64,000 bases of DNA from Octopus sinensis. Taxonomy: Eukaryota. The notes under the pieces are model-generated. The model did no database searches, was not told the origin of the DNA, and worked only from the letters and a program-made list of their open reading frames with translations. The translations under genes and the position numbers were made by a program. The DNA is taken from assembly GCF_006345805.1 (NCBI RefSeq), contig NC_042998.1, positions 175,770,001-175,834,000 of the forward strand, given 5' to 3'. Of this stretch, positions 38,671 to 51,522 are shown in pieces; the first letter of the stretch is position 1; every line of letters starts with the position of its first letter.

Positions 38671-39178
38671 CTTTACTTTGATACTTTGATAGGTTTCGGC
38701 CATTATTGGCCCAGGCCATGTCTAACTTAATAGCACCACCTGGTGAAGTCTTTCAAGTCAGAATTTGGGCACTATGGCCCACTCAAGTAGAGAGTTATTG
38801 TTTACAGAGACATATCCGGGTGTAGGGGGTTTATCCGGGATTTCTTGAAGGAATCTGTCCAAAGACTTCTTGAACCCTATAGGGTCAGTTTCTGTTTTAA
38901 TGTGTTTTGGTGTAATGTTAAAGGAGCGGGGCCAATTGAGGTGAAATAATTGTGCCGTATTGTTGTTATGAGATGAGAGTGCGATTTTTTTTTGGGCGGA
39001 TGGCACGGGGCCAAGCCTTGGATGTACCTTAAAGGTGATGCCAACATCATTTGGGCAATGCTGATGGAATATTTTCCACATCATGCAGATGATGTAGCGC
39101 TCACGACGACGTTGGAGAGAATAGAGTTTAGCTTTTCTAGTCGACCCCAATAGTCGAGGCCGTGTCATGCCATCTCTT
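38671..39178 (-). mobile_element. 3' end of a CR1/L2-group-like LINE
   Basis: KLYSLQRRRERYIICMMWKI...FKKSLDRFLQEIPDKPPTPGY. Tail repeat (atcaaagt)n. Confidence 0.75.
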
Positions 39179-39213
39179 TTTTGTGTATATATATATATAT
39201 ACACATATATACT

Positions 39214-39289
<76 letters not shown>

Positions 39290-39384
39290 CATACATATAT
39301 TTGTACATACATACATATACATACATATATACACACGTACATATATATATATTTACATACATACATATACATACATATATACAT

Positions 39385-41900
39385 ATAACAGCTGCATCCT
39401 CGTTGCACGAGAAAAACCATTGCCAAGAAGACTTACTGACATGATTCATGATTGTTGCCATGTGATGCTCTTATATGACTTTTAAGCCCAGCCAGTCTTT
39501 TACACATTTTATTACATACTAGACAACTGTGCTGGCTGGCAGGAGGGACAGGTGCCACCATATGCACTCTCTTAACATATCTTTTTAAACCTCCAACTGA
39601 GAGGCACACCTTTCCACATTTTAGACACGTTTTGCTATGAATTTTAATAGCCACATCATTGTTTATCATGGGTCGATTTCTATAAGAATTTTCGTGGCTC
39701 ACCAGGCCTGCACGACTCAAACACCTCCGCCCACAAGCCACACATATAAAAAGCAAAACTCTCTCTCTTTCCACAAGTTCCCCCCTTCTAAGCCCCCTCC
39801 TTATTCTCTCATACTTCACTCTCTCCCTCTCAAACCTTGAACAACTATCATGCACTATCTTCCCCCATCCATCACGGTCTTGTGCCTCCCTCTCCCAATT
39901 ACAAGCTGCAATTCCTCTCTTTATTAGAGCAATTTTAACGCAATCCTTAAACCTTAGTTTAGGCTTATGCGCTGGTCTCCTACGATCTTCCAGCTCACCA
40001 TACAATAGCTGCTTGGGCAGTCGCTCATCACTCATCCTTACCGAATGTCCCCCCACCTCAAACGTCTTTGCAAAATCATTGACTCTATACTTCTACTGCC
40101 ACTCCTCTCAAGCACCTCCACATTATTAATGGCCATTTTTCAGTTTATCCCCAAAATTTTTCTCAGACAGTATTGATGAAATCGTTCCAATAACCTTACC
40201 TGCCTACAATAAACAACCCTTGCCTCACTTCCATATAGCATTGATGGGAAGACGCATGTGTTACATACCTTCACTTTAATCCGTGAAGATATATTATGTT
40301 GTTTCTACAGACGCCTATCAATCCTACGAAAAGCATTACTAGCCCTGCTGATTCTGTATGAAATTTCATCATCAGACCAGCAGTGCTCCAGGTACTTCCT
40401 AAATAACTAAATCTAGGTACAGTCTCCAACCTTTGACCATTCACAGTTATAAAAGGTTCCACATACATCTTGGAGGGAGCGGGCTGGTACATTACAACAG
40501 TTTTTTTTAGATTGATTGTTAGACCCAATACTGCACATGCTGCAGAAATCGCATTCACTTTGTGCTGCATATTTTTCTGAGAATGTGCCAACAGGTCACA
40601 ATTATCTGCACACAGAAACTCAACATGGTGAGAATGCAGAACTTTCGTTTTGGCACAGAGTCTTTTGAGATTAAACAGTTTTCCTGTTGTCCTATATCTT
40701 ATGTAGACCCCTTCAAGGCAATCTTTAAAAGCTATTTGATAGACTATTGCGAAATGTATAGCAAACAGTACAGGAGCAGGAATATCACCTTGCTTTAGAA
40801 CATTTTCTACAGAAATTGGATCTGATAAGGTACCCCTAACATTAACTCTCACTTCCATCTTGTCATGAAATTCTCACAAATTTTTCAGGGCATCCTAGCT
40901 TTTTAGGGTCTCCCAAGGTGCAATTCTATTGATAGAGTCAAACGCTTTTGTTAGGTCAATGAAAACCAGGTATTAGTCCATATCCTGTTCGATGCACTTC
41001 TCTTGCAAGTGTCTAGCCGAAAATATCATATCAATAGTACTACTACTATCCCTAAACCCACATTGCGATTCTGGTAGAACCTCATCAGCAATGTGCAGAA
41101 GCAATCTATCCAGCATTAACCTACAAAGGACCTTTCCAGCAACAGGTAACAGACAGGTGCCGCGATAATTATCACAAACATCCTTTCCACCTTTAGATTT
41201 TTATAGTATCTCAATAGTTGCATCACGCCAATCCGGAGGAATCACATCCGTCAGCATTGCACAAAGATGATCACAACCATATTTATATATCTCTGCATCT
41301 AGTCCATCCATACCAGGGGCTTTTCCATTGTTCAATTTCCTAATTGCTGCTTTTATTTCAGCCAGGTTTGGAACTTCTGCTATAAGACGTTTTATTGGTC
41401 TCTCGGGTATATTATCAAGAAAAGAGAGATCAACTTCAGTGGGTCTATTGAGCAACTCATCAAAATGTTCTTTCCACCTCCCAACAATATCTTTAGGATT
41501 TGTTAATAATTCTGTGCCATCCTTGCACCGAAGTGGCACAACCTTTGATGAAACTGGTCCATAAACATTTTTCAAGAGAGAGTAAAAAAGTTTAGAATTG
41601 TTAGCATTTGAGGCTTCTTGGATTTTATCGCATCTATCACACCACCAATTCCTCTGCACTGTTGCTTTTACAGCCTTGAAATATGTAGCCACTGCCTTTC
41701 GCTTCTCCTCTAAGATAAGATTAACTTCATCATTATCGTCAAACCAAACTTGGTGTTTTTTTTTTACAACAAAGCCAAGAATGTTACTACAAATCTCGTA
41801 CACTCTTTCTTTGAAAAACCTCCAGCTTGCATCACAGGACAAATTATTTATCCCACTCATAAACTCACTGCGTACTGGCGGAATTTAAAGTTTATTCACA
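39385..41900 (-). mobile_element. 5'-truncated RTE-clade (BovB-like) LINE, about 2.5 kb, frameshifted
   Basis: GKAPGMDGLDAEIYK, PESQCGFR, LVFIDLTKAFDS, VLKQGDIPAPVLF, LCADNC (YADD-like), RMSDERLPKQLLYGEL. Confidence 0.95.
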
Positions 41901-41902
41901 TC

Positions 41903-41903
41903 A

Positions 41904-41936
<33 letters not shown>

Positions 41937-42520
41937 TATGTATGTATAAATGTGTATATATATGTATGTATTTATATATATATGTATATATATATACATA
42001 CATATATAGATATATGTATAGATATATGTGTATATATATATGTATATATATGTGTGTGTGTATATATATGTATGTGTATATATGTTTATATATATATGTA
42101 TGTGTATATATGTATATATGTATATATGTATATATATATATATATATGTATGTGTATATATATAATGTATGTATGTATATATATATATATGTATGTATAT
42201 ATATATGTATGTGTATATATATTTATGTGTGTGTATATATATGTATATATATGTATATATGTTTATATATGTGTATATATATGTATATATATATGTGTAT
42301 ATATACATGTGTATATATATGTGTATATATATATATGTATATATATATGTGCATATATGTGTATATATATGTATATATATGTGTATATATATATGTGTTT
42401 GTTTGTGTATATATATGTGTGTGCGTGTGTGTATACATATATGTGTGAATATACGCGTGTGTATATATATATGTGTGTATGTATATATATATATATATAT
42501 ATGTATACTTATATTCATAT
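41903..42520. repeat. Long compound TA/TG microsatellite
   Basis: About 620 bp. Confidence 0.97.
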
Positions 42521-42608
42521 ATAGTTGTGTGAATTCCCGTGTGGAGTACACAAATTCTGAGTACACAAGTTTTCTGAAACCAAGAATTAAAAAATTATGC
42601 GGGCTTAT

Positions 42609-43732
42609 ATGGCGCGCTTAAAGTAGAATTTTGCCGACTTAGGATCTTACCACACTTGTGTGTTACTGAAATGTTTAACAAAATACTTAACTATTTAACA
42701 TAGTGAGATGAATATTAGATGACTCACTAAAACCTTCATATAAATGAATAATTTTGACGTCAGTTTCCTATCAGGGAACACATTTCAGTTGATCGTCAAC
42801 AACGTCTCTCTTCTGTCTGCCATCCCTTCTCTCTTTTATGTGTGTGTTTGACATAAATACAGAAACGAATACCTCACTAAACTAGAACATCAAAAGTCAT
42901 GATTCTCACGATCCTCCAGTAAATTTCCCATAATTTTATAGGTTTCGAAATACCGCCAGAAAAACTAGCTGCGATAATAGGCCATCGATGTACACACTCG
43001 TGAAGGTGCTTGACCTCTGCTTAGGATATTGCATTCATGATCACAAAATCTTGATTTCGATTCTACCAACTTCACTTAAATTGATTGCAAAGAATATTAC
43101 AAACGTTTTGGCACTTGTAGAGGAAGGTGGGTGCTACTATTGTATATCCAACATCCATGTTCTACTATAGTATATCTACATAATGGATGTTGGATATACA
43201 ATAGTAGCACCCACCTTCCTCTATAAATGCCAAAACGTTTGTAATATTCTTTGCAATCAATTTAAGTGAAGTTGGTAGAATCGAAATCAAGATTTTGTGA
43301 TCATGAATGCAATATCCTAAGCAGAGGTCAAGCACCTTTACGACTGTGTACATCGATGGCCTATTATCACAGCTAGTTTTTCTGGCGGTATTTCGGAACC
43401 TATAAAATTATGGGAAATTTACTGGAGGATCGTGAGAATCATGACTTTTGATGTTCTAGTTTAGTGAGGTATTCGTTTCTGTATTTATGTCAAACACACA
43501 CATAAAAGAGAGAAGGGATGGCAGACAGAAGAGAGACGTTGTTGACGATCAACTGAAATGTGTTCCCTGATAGGAAACTGACGTCAAAATTATTCATTTA
43601 TATGAAGGTTTTAGTGAGTCATCTAATATTCATCTCACTATGTTAAATAGTTAAGTATTTTGTTAAACATTTCAGTAACACACAAGTGTGGTAAGATCCT
43701 AAGTCGGCGAAATTCTACTTTAAGCGCGCCAT
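42609..43732. repeat. Near-perfect palindrome: two 550-bp arms and a 24-nt loop
   Basis: 42609-43158 is the reverse complement of 43183-43732, with 7 mismatches found by eye. Mirror ORFs 42988-43170 (+) and 43165-43353 (-). Confidence 0.97.
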
Positions 43733-43949
43733 TAATTTTCTACCATGATATGATATCTACCAAATGTTGGTAATGTGAAATATGTTAAAAATCATTAAAC
43801 ATTTATACTAGAAGAAGAAAGGAGTATAACAAACAGCTTGTGTAAAATTTATTCAAAATCAGTAACACATTATATATAATTTTTTTTAAATCATCAGATA
43901 TTGATTTTAGTGTTTGTTAACTGATCTGATATCATTAAAAAAAAGCAGT

Positions 43950-44790
43950 AAACAGGTCATCGTTCTTCCTAAGTATTTTCCAACAATAATGATCCGAAAG
44001 TGATTGAAAATGTTGAGTAGGTACGCTTCTTTTTTTTCTTGAATATTTCAATCTTGGCCTCAAGCCACGATCGCTCAAAAGCTTGTATGTGAGGTCCTGA
44101 TGTCGGGTCCATATAATACACTTGATGATTGACGGTTTTGTGCTGATAGCCGATATTCTTTAAGCAACGGTAGGACGGCTACTCATAGAGCTAAGCTTAC
44201 ATTCACGTTCTATGATAGGAATCAAAGTGACCCTATCTCTTCGTTGAACATAAAAGTACCGACAATCAAGCCCATTTTACAGACCAAAAACTCAGGGGCC
44301 ATTTATGCCCCATGGTTCTTCTAAGTTCGTCATCAGATTCCTTTGAGTTCGGAGGTTGATCACCAGTCAACATACGACCACAGTTATATTTACAACAACC
44401 AGCAAACCATGCCTCGTCGATCTGTATAGGATTTTCCTGTGTACCAATCATTTCACTCCTCGTTTGGTGTGATATTATCACGCTACAAACTTCACGACAC
44501 ATATTAAACCAGTCTGTAATAGTAGTAGGCAACTTTCCAGTAAAGTACTCATCAGGATTTCGTGAATAAAATAGGACAATAATTCTAAAATTTTAACACA
44601 TTCAATCTGCTATTCATCTTCCCATTTAAGACGGTATAGTGCAAAAACTGATTTCCTTCCCGAACTGAGCTTGGCGCCTTTTATTTGGCCATCTCAATAT
44701 TGGCCAGAATTCTCCGGTTCTAATCCTCTTTCTTCTTTTTTTTCATTTGTGTCCCGCATTTATGACAAGGAGACACATTTCCTACCTGGT
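43950..44790 (-). pseudogene. Decayed Merlin / IS1595 (ISXO2-like) DDE transposase
   Basis: ITDWFNMCREVC, PIQIDEAWF, GPWVFG, RRDRVTLIPII, GYQHKTVNHQ, MDPTSGPHIQAFERSW, read across frameshifts. Confidence 0.88.
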
Positions 44791-46401
44791 CAATAAGATT
44801 GTGCTCTCTCAAAAAAAGACACCGTTTCATCATCACTTGAGTAAAAGTCTCTGGCCAGCATGGTGCTAGTGTGAACAACTAAATAGCTTAGAATTAATTG
44901 CTGAAGGCCGTAAGTGGGTTGTTTGGTAGAGTGCATTGCCATTTACGGTAGATCACAAATAGTAAGGTAGATATCACACTATAGTAGCACCAGAGGGCAT
45001 TTAAGTTTTTGCTGATAACGACCGCAATCGGGAAGGAAAAAAAGATTATATGTGGTGTCTACAAAGTGGATAGTTCCACCATTGAGGATGATGCACCATA
45101 AATATCAAACAACTATGGATAAGTTCTTCACGCCCTATCTAAATATTGATTTTAAATTTTGGCATAAGGCCAGCAATTTTGGAGGAGTTGAGAAGTCGAT
45201 TTACACCGACCCCAGTGCTCAACTGGTACTTATTTTATCGAGTTCGAAAGGATAAAAGGCAAGTCAACCTCGGGGGAATTTGAACTCAGAACGTAAGGAT
45301 GAATGAAATGCCGCTAAGCATTTTATCCGGCGTGCTAACGATTTTGCCAGCTCGCCACCTTACTAATCAACTAGATATTAATGATGATTAAACTGTACGG
45401 GAGAAGATAGTGTCCCGTATCCTCACAATTTAGTCAACATCTTTCGAAGTAAAAACGTACCCTTTTAGAATATTATGAGTCATGTCTATTCTCTAATGTG
45501 TTTCTTTCCAAATGTTTTTATATACATATATTGTACTATCTACATCTTGAAAATATTTTCATAATTAAAAGAGGTTCTGAAGCTTTTTCTTCTTTTTCCA
45601 AACCCGTTTGTAAAATCAATGGGAAAATAAATTCCTCATTACGCGATTTCGCCCTGCGGCAAACTCAAGAATGCAATACACCCTTAACGCAGTGGATTGT
45701 ACTTATGTCAATGTTTTCCACCACTGAGCACATGTAATGTGCTCATTAACAATCGCACACTCCTACTCTATCTTTTTTCTTAAAAAAAATAATAAATAAT
45801 TATATATATATGTACTGCAGTTCGACGATTGCTTAGCTGGCCGAAACTTCGAAGTCACTGTCAACAACATTCTTGCATAAGAATAATAAATTTGTACTCT
45901 ACAAATGTATAGAGTAACCCATCACATTATGGTAAAATTGCTTTTATTATTACCGAGCATTAAAAACAAAGATTACTTTACCTACTTACTTGCCTGCCTA
46001 CCTGCCTACCTACCTACCTACCTATCTCGAATAGCTTCCTAGATTCGAAACTCAGTCTATCAAGAAAGAGTTTTTGAGAATCTACTGTCACATACATATT
46101 AGTTTCTCTTCTTTCATTAACCATTCAAGTCAAACTTAGGTCAAGGCAGCTAAGAAACGAAAAATTAGCGCAAGTGCCGAGAAGAATAGGAAGGACCTCG
46201 TAGAATACATCTAAGCTGGGGTTCTAATCTTGACTAAGAATCTAAGAAGCTATTCGCTACGTACGTACGTGTGTATGTATGTATGTATGTATGTATGTAT
46301 GTATGTATGTATGTATGTATGTATGTATGTATGTATGTATCTGGGTGGAGTCCTAAGAACCTATAGCCACGTCAAACTCATCGGCCGTGGACTATCTGCA
46401 G

Positions 46402-46944
46402 CAGTGTTTTTCAAACATATTTTGCCTATGGACACCTTTGATTCCTTTATTAACTTTACTGGACCTCCATAGCTATTTACTGTATATAAAAAATGATCTT
46501 ACTGTATTTTTATAAATAAAATATTATTAGGAACTGTCTCCCCCAAAATTACAGTATCTTGCGTATTGTAGAAGTATAAGCAATTCATGGCACATAAATT
46601 CTAACAATAAAATCTATAGTATAAATTGGACATGGACAAGCGTTGTATTCTTTCTTGTCTTGAGGTTCACAGCCAAACGGCTGAGTGTATTCGCGTGAAA
46701 AATGGCACACATATGCAGACAGATGCATAGATTGGAATGCGGTTTGTATTTTTTTCCTAGCACCCATACTTACCGAGAATATCGATCAAAACATTTTTTA
46801 ATGGCGTTCCCCTCTTTCTTCTGCCATTAAAATAACCAGTTGCTTAGAAGCTGTTTTCTGACGGAGTGGGGTCAGGAAATTTTCATACACCTGGATGCTC
46901 CAATCGAAACAGGGGACCCGAAATGATAAGGTTGAGAAAAGCTG
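46402..46944. mobile_element. Possible hAT (Charlie-like) non-autonomous element
   Basis: Ends cagtgtttttcaaac and ggttgagaaaagctg are imperfectly inverted. No matching 8-bp TSD. Confidence 0.35.
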
Positions 46945-47188
46945 TTATAGATTATGCCTAACCGAAAACGATCACAGCCACATCATCCAAACAGACCGGG
47001 TGAAACCGGACTTAGCTGCTAGTCTTATATAAATGAAAACCACTGGTCTACACAAATGGTCAGGAAAGGCTCGGATTCTGTTCTCTATGCAGTCCAGGTT
47101 CACCAAACATAATCGCATTGCAACACAATTACTTTTCCTCAACAGGCCATGCGTTTTAATTCCCTTCTTAATATTATCCGGAAACAAA

Positions 47189-47780
47189 GCAGCGAGCTGG
47201 CAGACACTTTAGCATGCCGGGCGAAATGCTTAGCAGTATTTCGTCTGTCTTTACGTTCTGAGTTCAAATTCCGCCGAGATCGACTTTGCTTTTCATTCTT
47301 TCGGGGTCGATAAATTAAGTACCAGTTACACACTGGGGTCGATGTAATCGACTTAATCCGTTTGTCTGTCCTTGTTTGTCCCCTCTGTGTTTAGCCCCTT
47401 GTAGGTAGTAAAGAAATAGATATTTCGTCTGCCGTCACGTTCTGAGTTCAAATTCCGCCGAGATCGACTTTGCTTTTCAGTCTTTCGGGGTCGATAAATT
47501 AAGTACCAGTTGCATACTGGGTCGATCTAATCGACTGGCCTCCATATCCAGAAATTCGGGCCATGTACCTAGAATAGAAAAGAATATTATCCGGAAAAAA
47601 GGCAGCGAGCTGGTAGAATCGTTAGCACGTCGGGTGAAATGCTTAGCCGTATTTCGTCCCTCGTCACGTTCTGAGTTCAAATTCCGCCGAGGTCGACTTT
47701 GCCCTTTATCGTTTCGGCGTCGATAAAATAAGCACCAGTTGAGTACTGGGGTCGATGCATTCGTTTTCCGCCTCCCTCGA
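47189..47780 (+). mobile_element. SINE A dimer (47189-47582) followed by a further SINE A
   Basis: Junction gaaatagatatttc at 47413. aatattatccggaaa is duplicated at 47170 and 47583. Confidence 0.9.
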
Positions 47781-47789
47781 AAACAAAGT

Positions 47790-47975
47790 CAAATATAAAG
47801 ATCCCATAACTTTCAAACGATATCTGGACAAACCCCGTATACCTGAACATATCTTAGTCAACAACAACTATTTACTAGGATAGCACAAAACCTGACGTAA
47901 TATTTACTTAATCGATTGTATTAAATTAGCCAAAGTCTGAGCCAATAATGCCCGAAACATATATCAGCTTATTCA
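47790..47975 (+). mobile_element. Degenerate 3' end of the CR1-like LINE family
   Basis: DKPRIPEHILVNNN matches DKPPTPGYVSVNNN at 38.8 kb; gccaataatgcccgaaac matches that element's 3' UTR. Confidence 0.6.
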
Positions 47976-48382
47976 TATATCGACCACCAGTGTATAATAT
48001 ATATATCCGAAAAAATCAGCACATTCTAAAACATAGAACAGTAATGTATTTATATGTTGTATTTAAGAATGGTCATTTTGCCAGTTTAGCCAATAAAAAC
48101 ACATGCACTATATATTTGGTGTGACTTTGCTTCAGTGTTATTTATTTATTTATTTTTTACATTAATCTTAATCTTATTTCGGCCAGAGTTCTTTCGCTAC
48201 ACTCCTGTGACCACATCAGTGGTCCTTTGCTTTCTTCTTTCTTATTTGTGTGTCTCTCCTTACTAACCGTCAGCCATTTTGTATTACTATTGTATGTGTC
48301 TTCATTTGCGCATGCGTATATCTCTTTGTGCGCCTATGTTTAGTTAGTGTGTGTTATATGCAGTTAAGTATATATCCGGCCA

Positions 48383-48445
48383 TAGAGTGACCAATGGTTT
48401 CGCATACATAAAAGCTCAGCCCTACGGCTGACTCGTCAGAATCTA
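48383..48445 (-). ncRNA. Type I hammerhead-like motif
   Basis: UAGAUU-CUGACGA-GUCAGCCGUAGGGCUGAGC...GC-GAAA-CCAUUGGUC^ACUCUA. Helix III is ACC/GGU, helix I pairs 5 of 6, and helix II is irregular. Confidence 0.55.
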
Positions 48446-48615
48446 ATGGCGAAGGTATGTGCTCTCACTCATAAGGCGGCTCCATACCCATGATAGTTCT
48501 CTCGAGTATGAAATTAATACCTTTTGTTTTCAAATCCCAAATGCACCAATTTAGAATAAACGATTAATGATGGAAGCAATACTTATAGCAAAGCATTCTG
48601 CTAAAACAAACATAA

Positions 48616-48988
48616 GCGTAGCTGTGTGGTAAGAAGTTTGGTTCCCAGCCAAATGGTTCCGGGTTTCTAAGTGAATTTGGGAGACGAAAAGTTAAATAAT
48701 CCTGTTGTATATGTATATATCTAGGTGTGTGTGTGTGTGTGTGTGTGTGTTCACGCGCACGTATCTGTTTATCTCCCCTGTCGCTTGACAACCAGTGTTG
48801 GTGTGTTTACGTCCCGTAATCTAGCAGTTCCGCAAAATGACCGATAGAATAAGAACCAAGCTTAAAATGAAATTAGATATAAGTACTGGGATCGATTCAT
48901 TGTTCTCAAAATTTTCCAAGGCGGTGCCCCAGCATGGCGGCAGTTTAACGACTGAAACAAATAAAAAGATAAAAGAGATACAATATAT
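48616..48988 (+). mobile_element. Degenerate SINE family B
   Basis: Head remnant, TG tract and tail. Confidence 0.8.
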
Positions 48989-49404
48989 GGATCTTTTCGG
49001 TTTGAACGGCAGTTTTTAACATAATTTCTAGGTAACTAAAAAAATTTAAACTTCGTATACTGGTAGAATGTGTTTATAAAACATCTTTTTCTCTTGGCTT
49101 TATTGAGAAAATTCTATAGTTTGTAAGATATTTGTTGTTTTTTTTTCTTCAATTTCTGCAATTTCAACCAATCAATGACGTTTATTGAGGTGAAAACATT
49201 CTGTGCCGTATGAATATGTCCCTTGTTTAAGAAACAGATTGGGTTTATTTACATTTCTGAAGACAGAAAGATACCCTTCCCCCACCCCTAACCCTAACCC
49301 TAAAACAGATTGAAATGCAATAGATCGATACTAGGGTCATAATTATGGGTGACAATTTCATATGACACCGCTAGAAAAAACTGCCGTTCAAACCGAAAAG
49401 ATCC
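48989..49404. mobile_element. 416-bp MITE with perfect 29-bp TIRs and internal (CCCTAA)n
   Basis: ggatcttttcggtttgaacggcagttttt at the left end and its reverse complement at the right end; tat on both flanks. Confidence 0.92.
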
Positions 49405-50368
49405 TATTTACGTCCCGTAACTAGCAGTTCGGCAAAATGACCGATAGAATAAGAACTAAGCTTAAAATAAAATCAGATATAAGTACTGGGATCGATTCAT
49501 TGTTCTAAAAATTCTCGTAGGCGGTGCCCCAGCATGGCCGCAGTTTAACGACTGAAACAAACAAAAAGATAAAAGAGATACAATATACAAATCAAACAAA
49601 AATAATCAGCCTATTAACTGTTAATCTCAGTCACCGTGTGAATGTATGCGTGTGTATGTGTGTGTGAGCGGAAGCAACGCTTATGTATAATCACTGCAAG
49701 GCTTCTTTCATATGGAAGCCTGGCAGTGATTATATTTCTAAATAGTAAATAAATATGTAGTCTTATACCCTAACGTATTTAGTTCCATTATAAATTAGAC
49801 CTTTCGAGAGACTTCCGGCAGCTTGGGATCAAAATGCAACTAATCAGTTTCTTTGCTTTTTAACAACTCATCGAAGGTCGTTCGCCTCTTCCTGCCAAGA
49901 TGACGCGCAATAATAACAGAAAATTATTCATTAAGATGTAAACAAGATTGTCTACAGGGTAGCTTAAACGCTAATAGCTAATGCTTAACCTCGCCATATT
50001 GGAACTGGTTTCATGGTAGATATCTATGCGACAGACAGAGAGCAATTATGGAATCCAGAATCTGTGTATGCGTGCACGCTATGTGAGTGTGTGTGTGGGG
50101 TATGTATGCCTGTATGTCATGCATGAAATAGTTAAGAGTGTTGAATGTATATGTGTATATATGTAATTGGGAGGTCAAAATTTCCTTATCTAAGTTTTTA
50201 AACGATGATGTGTATTTTACGGATATGAGCAATCATGTGTGTGAGTGCATGAATGTGTGTATGTGTCTACTTTTATATCAATTTATTAGAATCATAAATG
50301 TGTATGTACATGCGGATGTATGATCATAAGTAGGTAGGTAGACATGTACGTAATTATGTATGGAAGCT

Positions 50369-50413
<45 letters not shown>

Positions 50414-51416
50414 TGTGTGTGTGTGCGTGCGCGTACACAGTTTTTTTTTTGTTTAATATTGCACGTTGCGAGATATGCTGACTAGGGTATAGTCGGAGCG
50501 AAATATTCATCTGGGAACCTACTCTACAGCATGTATTGAGTACTTTCCCTCTTTTTTGTATACTGAAACAGTTTTTACTACGTTTTACCGCCATCGATAA
50601 ATATGTCTACCAAAATATATGCCAAAATCGTTAACACCAAGGAGATAGTCATGACAGCTGAAACCAGCTCAAGAGACCGCGGGTAGAACCCTTCCACAGG
50701 CGACGTCTAACTTAGTTCTCGCTGTCTAACTCATGCAAAGTGTACAAGCAAAATGGCTGTGACTCTGATATACGTGCTGATGATACAGAAGGGTTTCCAA
50801 CATGGCAATGGAGTTAAGAGAAGAGCTTCCAAATCTTCCGAGTAGCTCCTGTAGTTTCTTCGTGGTACTATAAGCATCTTCGATATTTATTTCACCTCGT
50901 AAGAATCAAAGCAGTCGCTGGTATGGATAGGAAAACCATTAAAGATTGGGATTAACAGTTTCAAACTAGAGATTAAAACAAGAATCTATAAATCGTGTGA
51001 CATGTCATCTATTATGTATGCTGGTGGCAACACATCTGGAGATGTCCGAGCAAACGTAAGAACTTCTTCGGAACGAATGGAAAACATCTTACCTAGATTA
51101 ACATATGGTTCATCTCACTAGCAAGTTCATCTAAATATCCATATACAAATAAATAGATGGTTGACAAACTTTCGTTAGGAATATATAAAATGTCCAGCAA
51201 TGAAGCAAGAGAATTGGTATCGGAGAACTATCGGTAATATAAAAAAAATCCTGTCTTTGATTTACTACTAAAAGAATGTAGACAGCTGTCTGTAATATAG
51301 CAACGGAATCTGTCCCTCGCCATTCCTGCCCAACGGCTTAAACCTATGGTCACTAACAACATGCTGTATTAAAACCGAGTTAAACAAAATTTATTTAACC
51401 AGATACCCCTTATAAC

Positions 51417-51522
51417 CTCACCTGACGAGGCACTTCTGCATCGAAGGATGCATCACGACGAGTTGTACAGTATCCCACCCGCAAGAGATCGATGCAGAAT
51501 GGGTCGAAACGATCATCGAGAG
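51417..51522 (+). ncRNA. Degenerate type I hammerhead with long helix II
   Basis: CUGACGA, then perfect 11-bp ttctgcatcga/tcgatgcagaa stem, then C-GAAA-CGAUCAUC^GAGAG, followed by AATAAA. Confidence 0.6.

Noticed and set aside
42988-43353. Pair of near-identical 60-62-aa ORFs on opposite strands as duplicated genes
   Set aside because: A consequence of the palindrome; no coding signature.
47935-47975. Hammerhead-like ctgag...gcccgaaacatatatc
   Set aside because: Better explained as the CR1-like LINE 3' UTR, which matches the element end at 38.7 kb.
50590-51200. Coding region
   Set aside because: Only traces of an RTE-like thumb (KLEIKTRIYKSC); too decayed to annotate.
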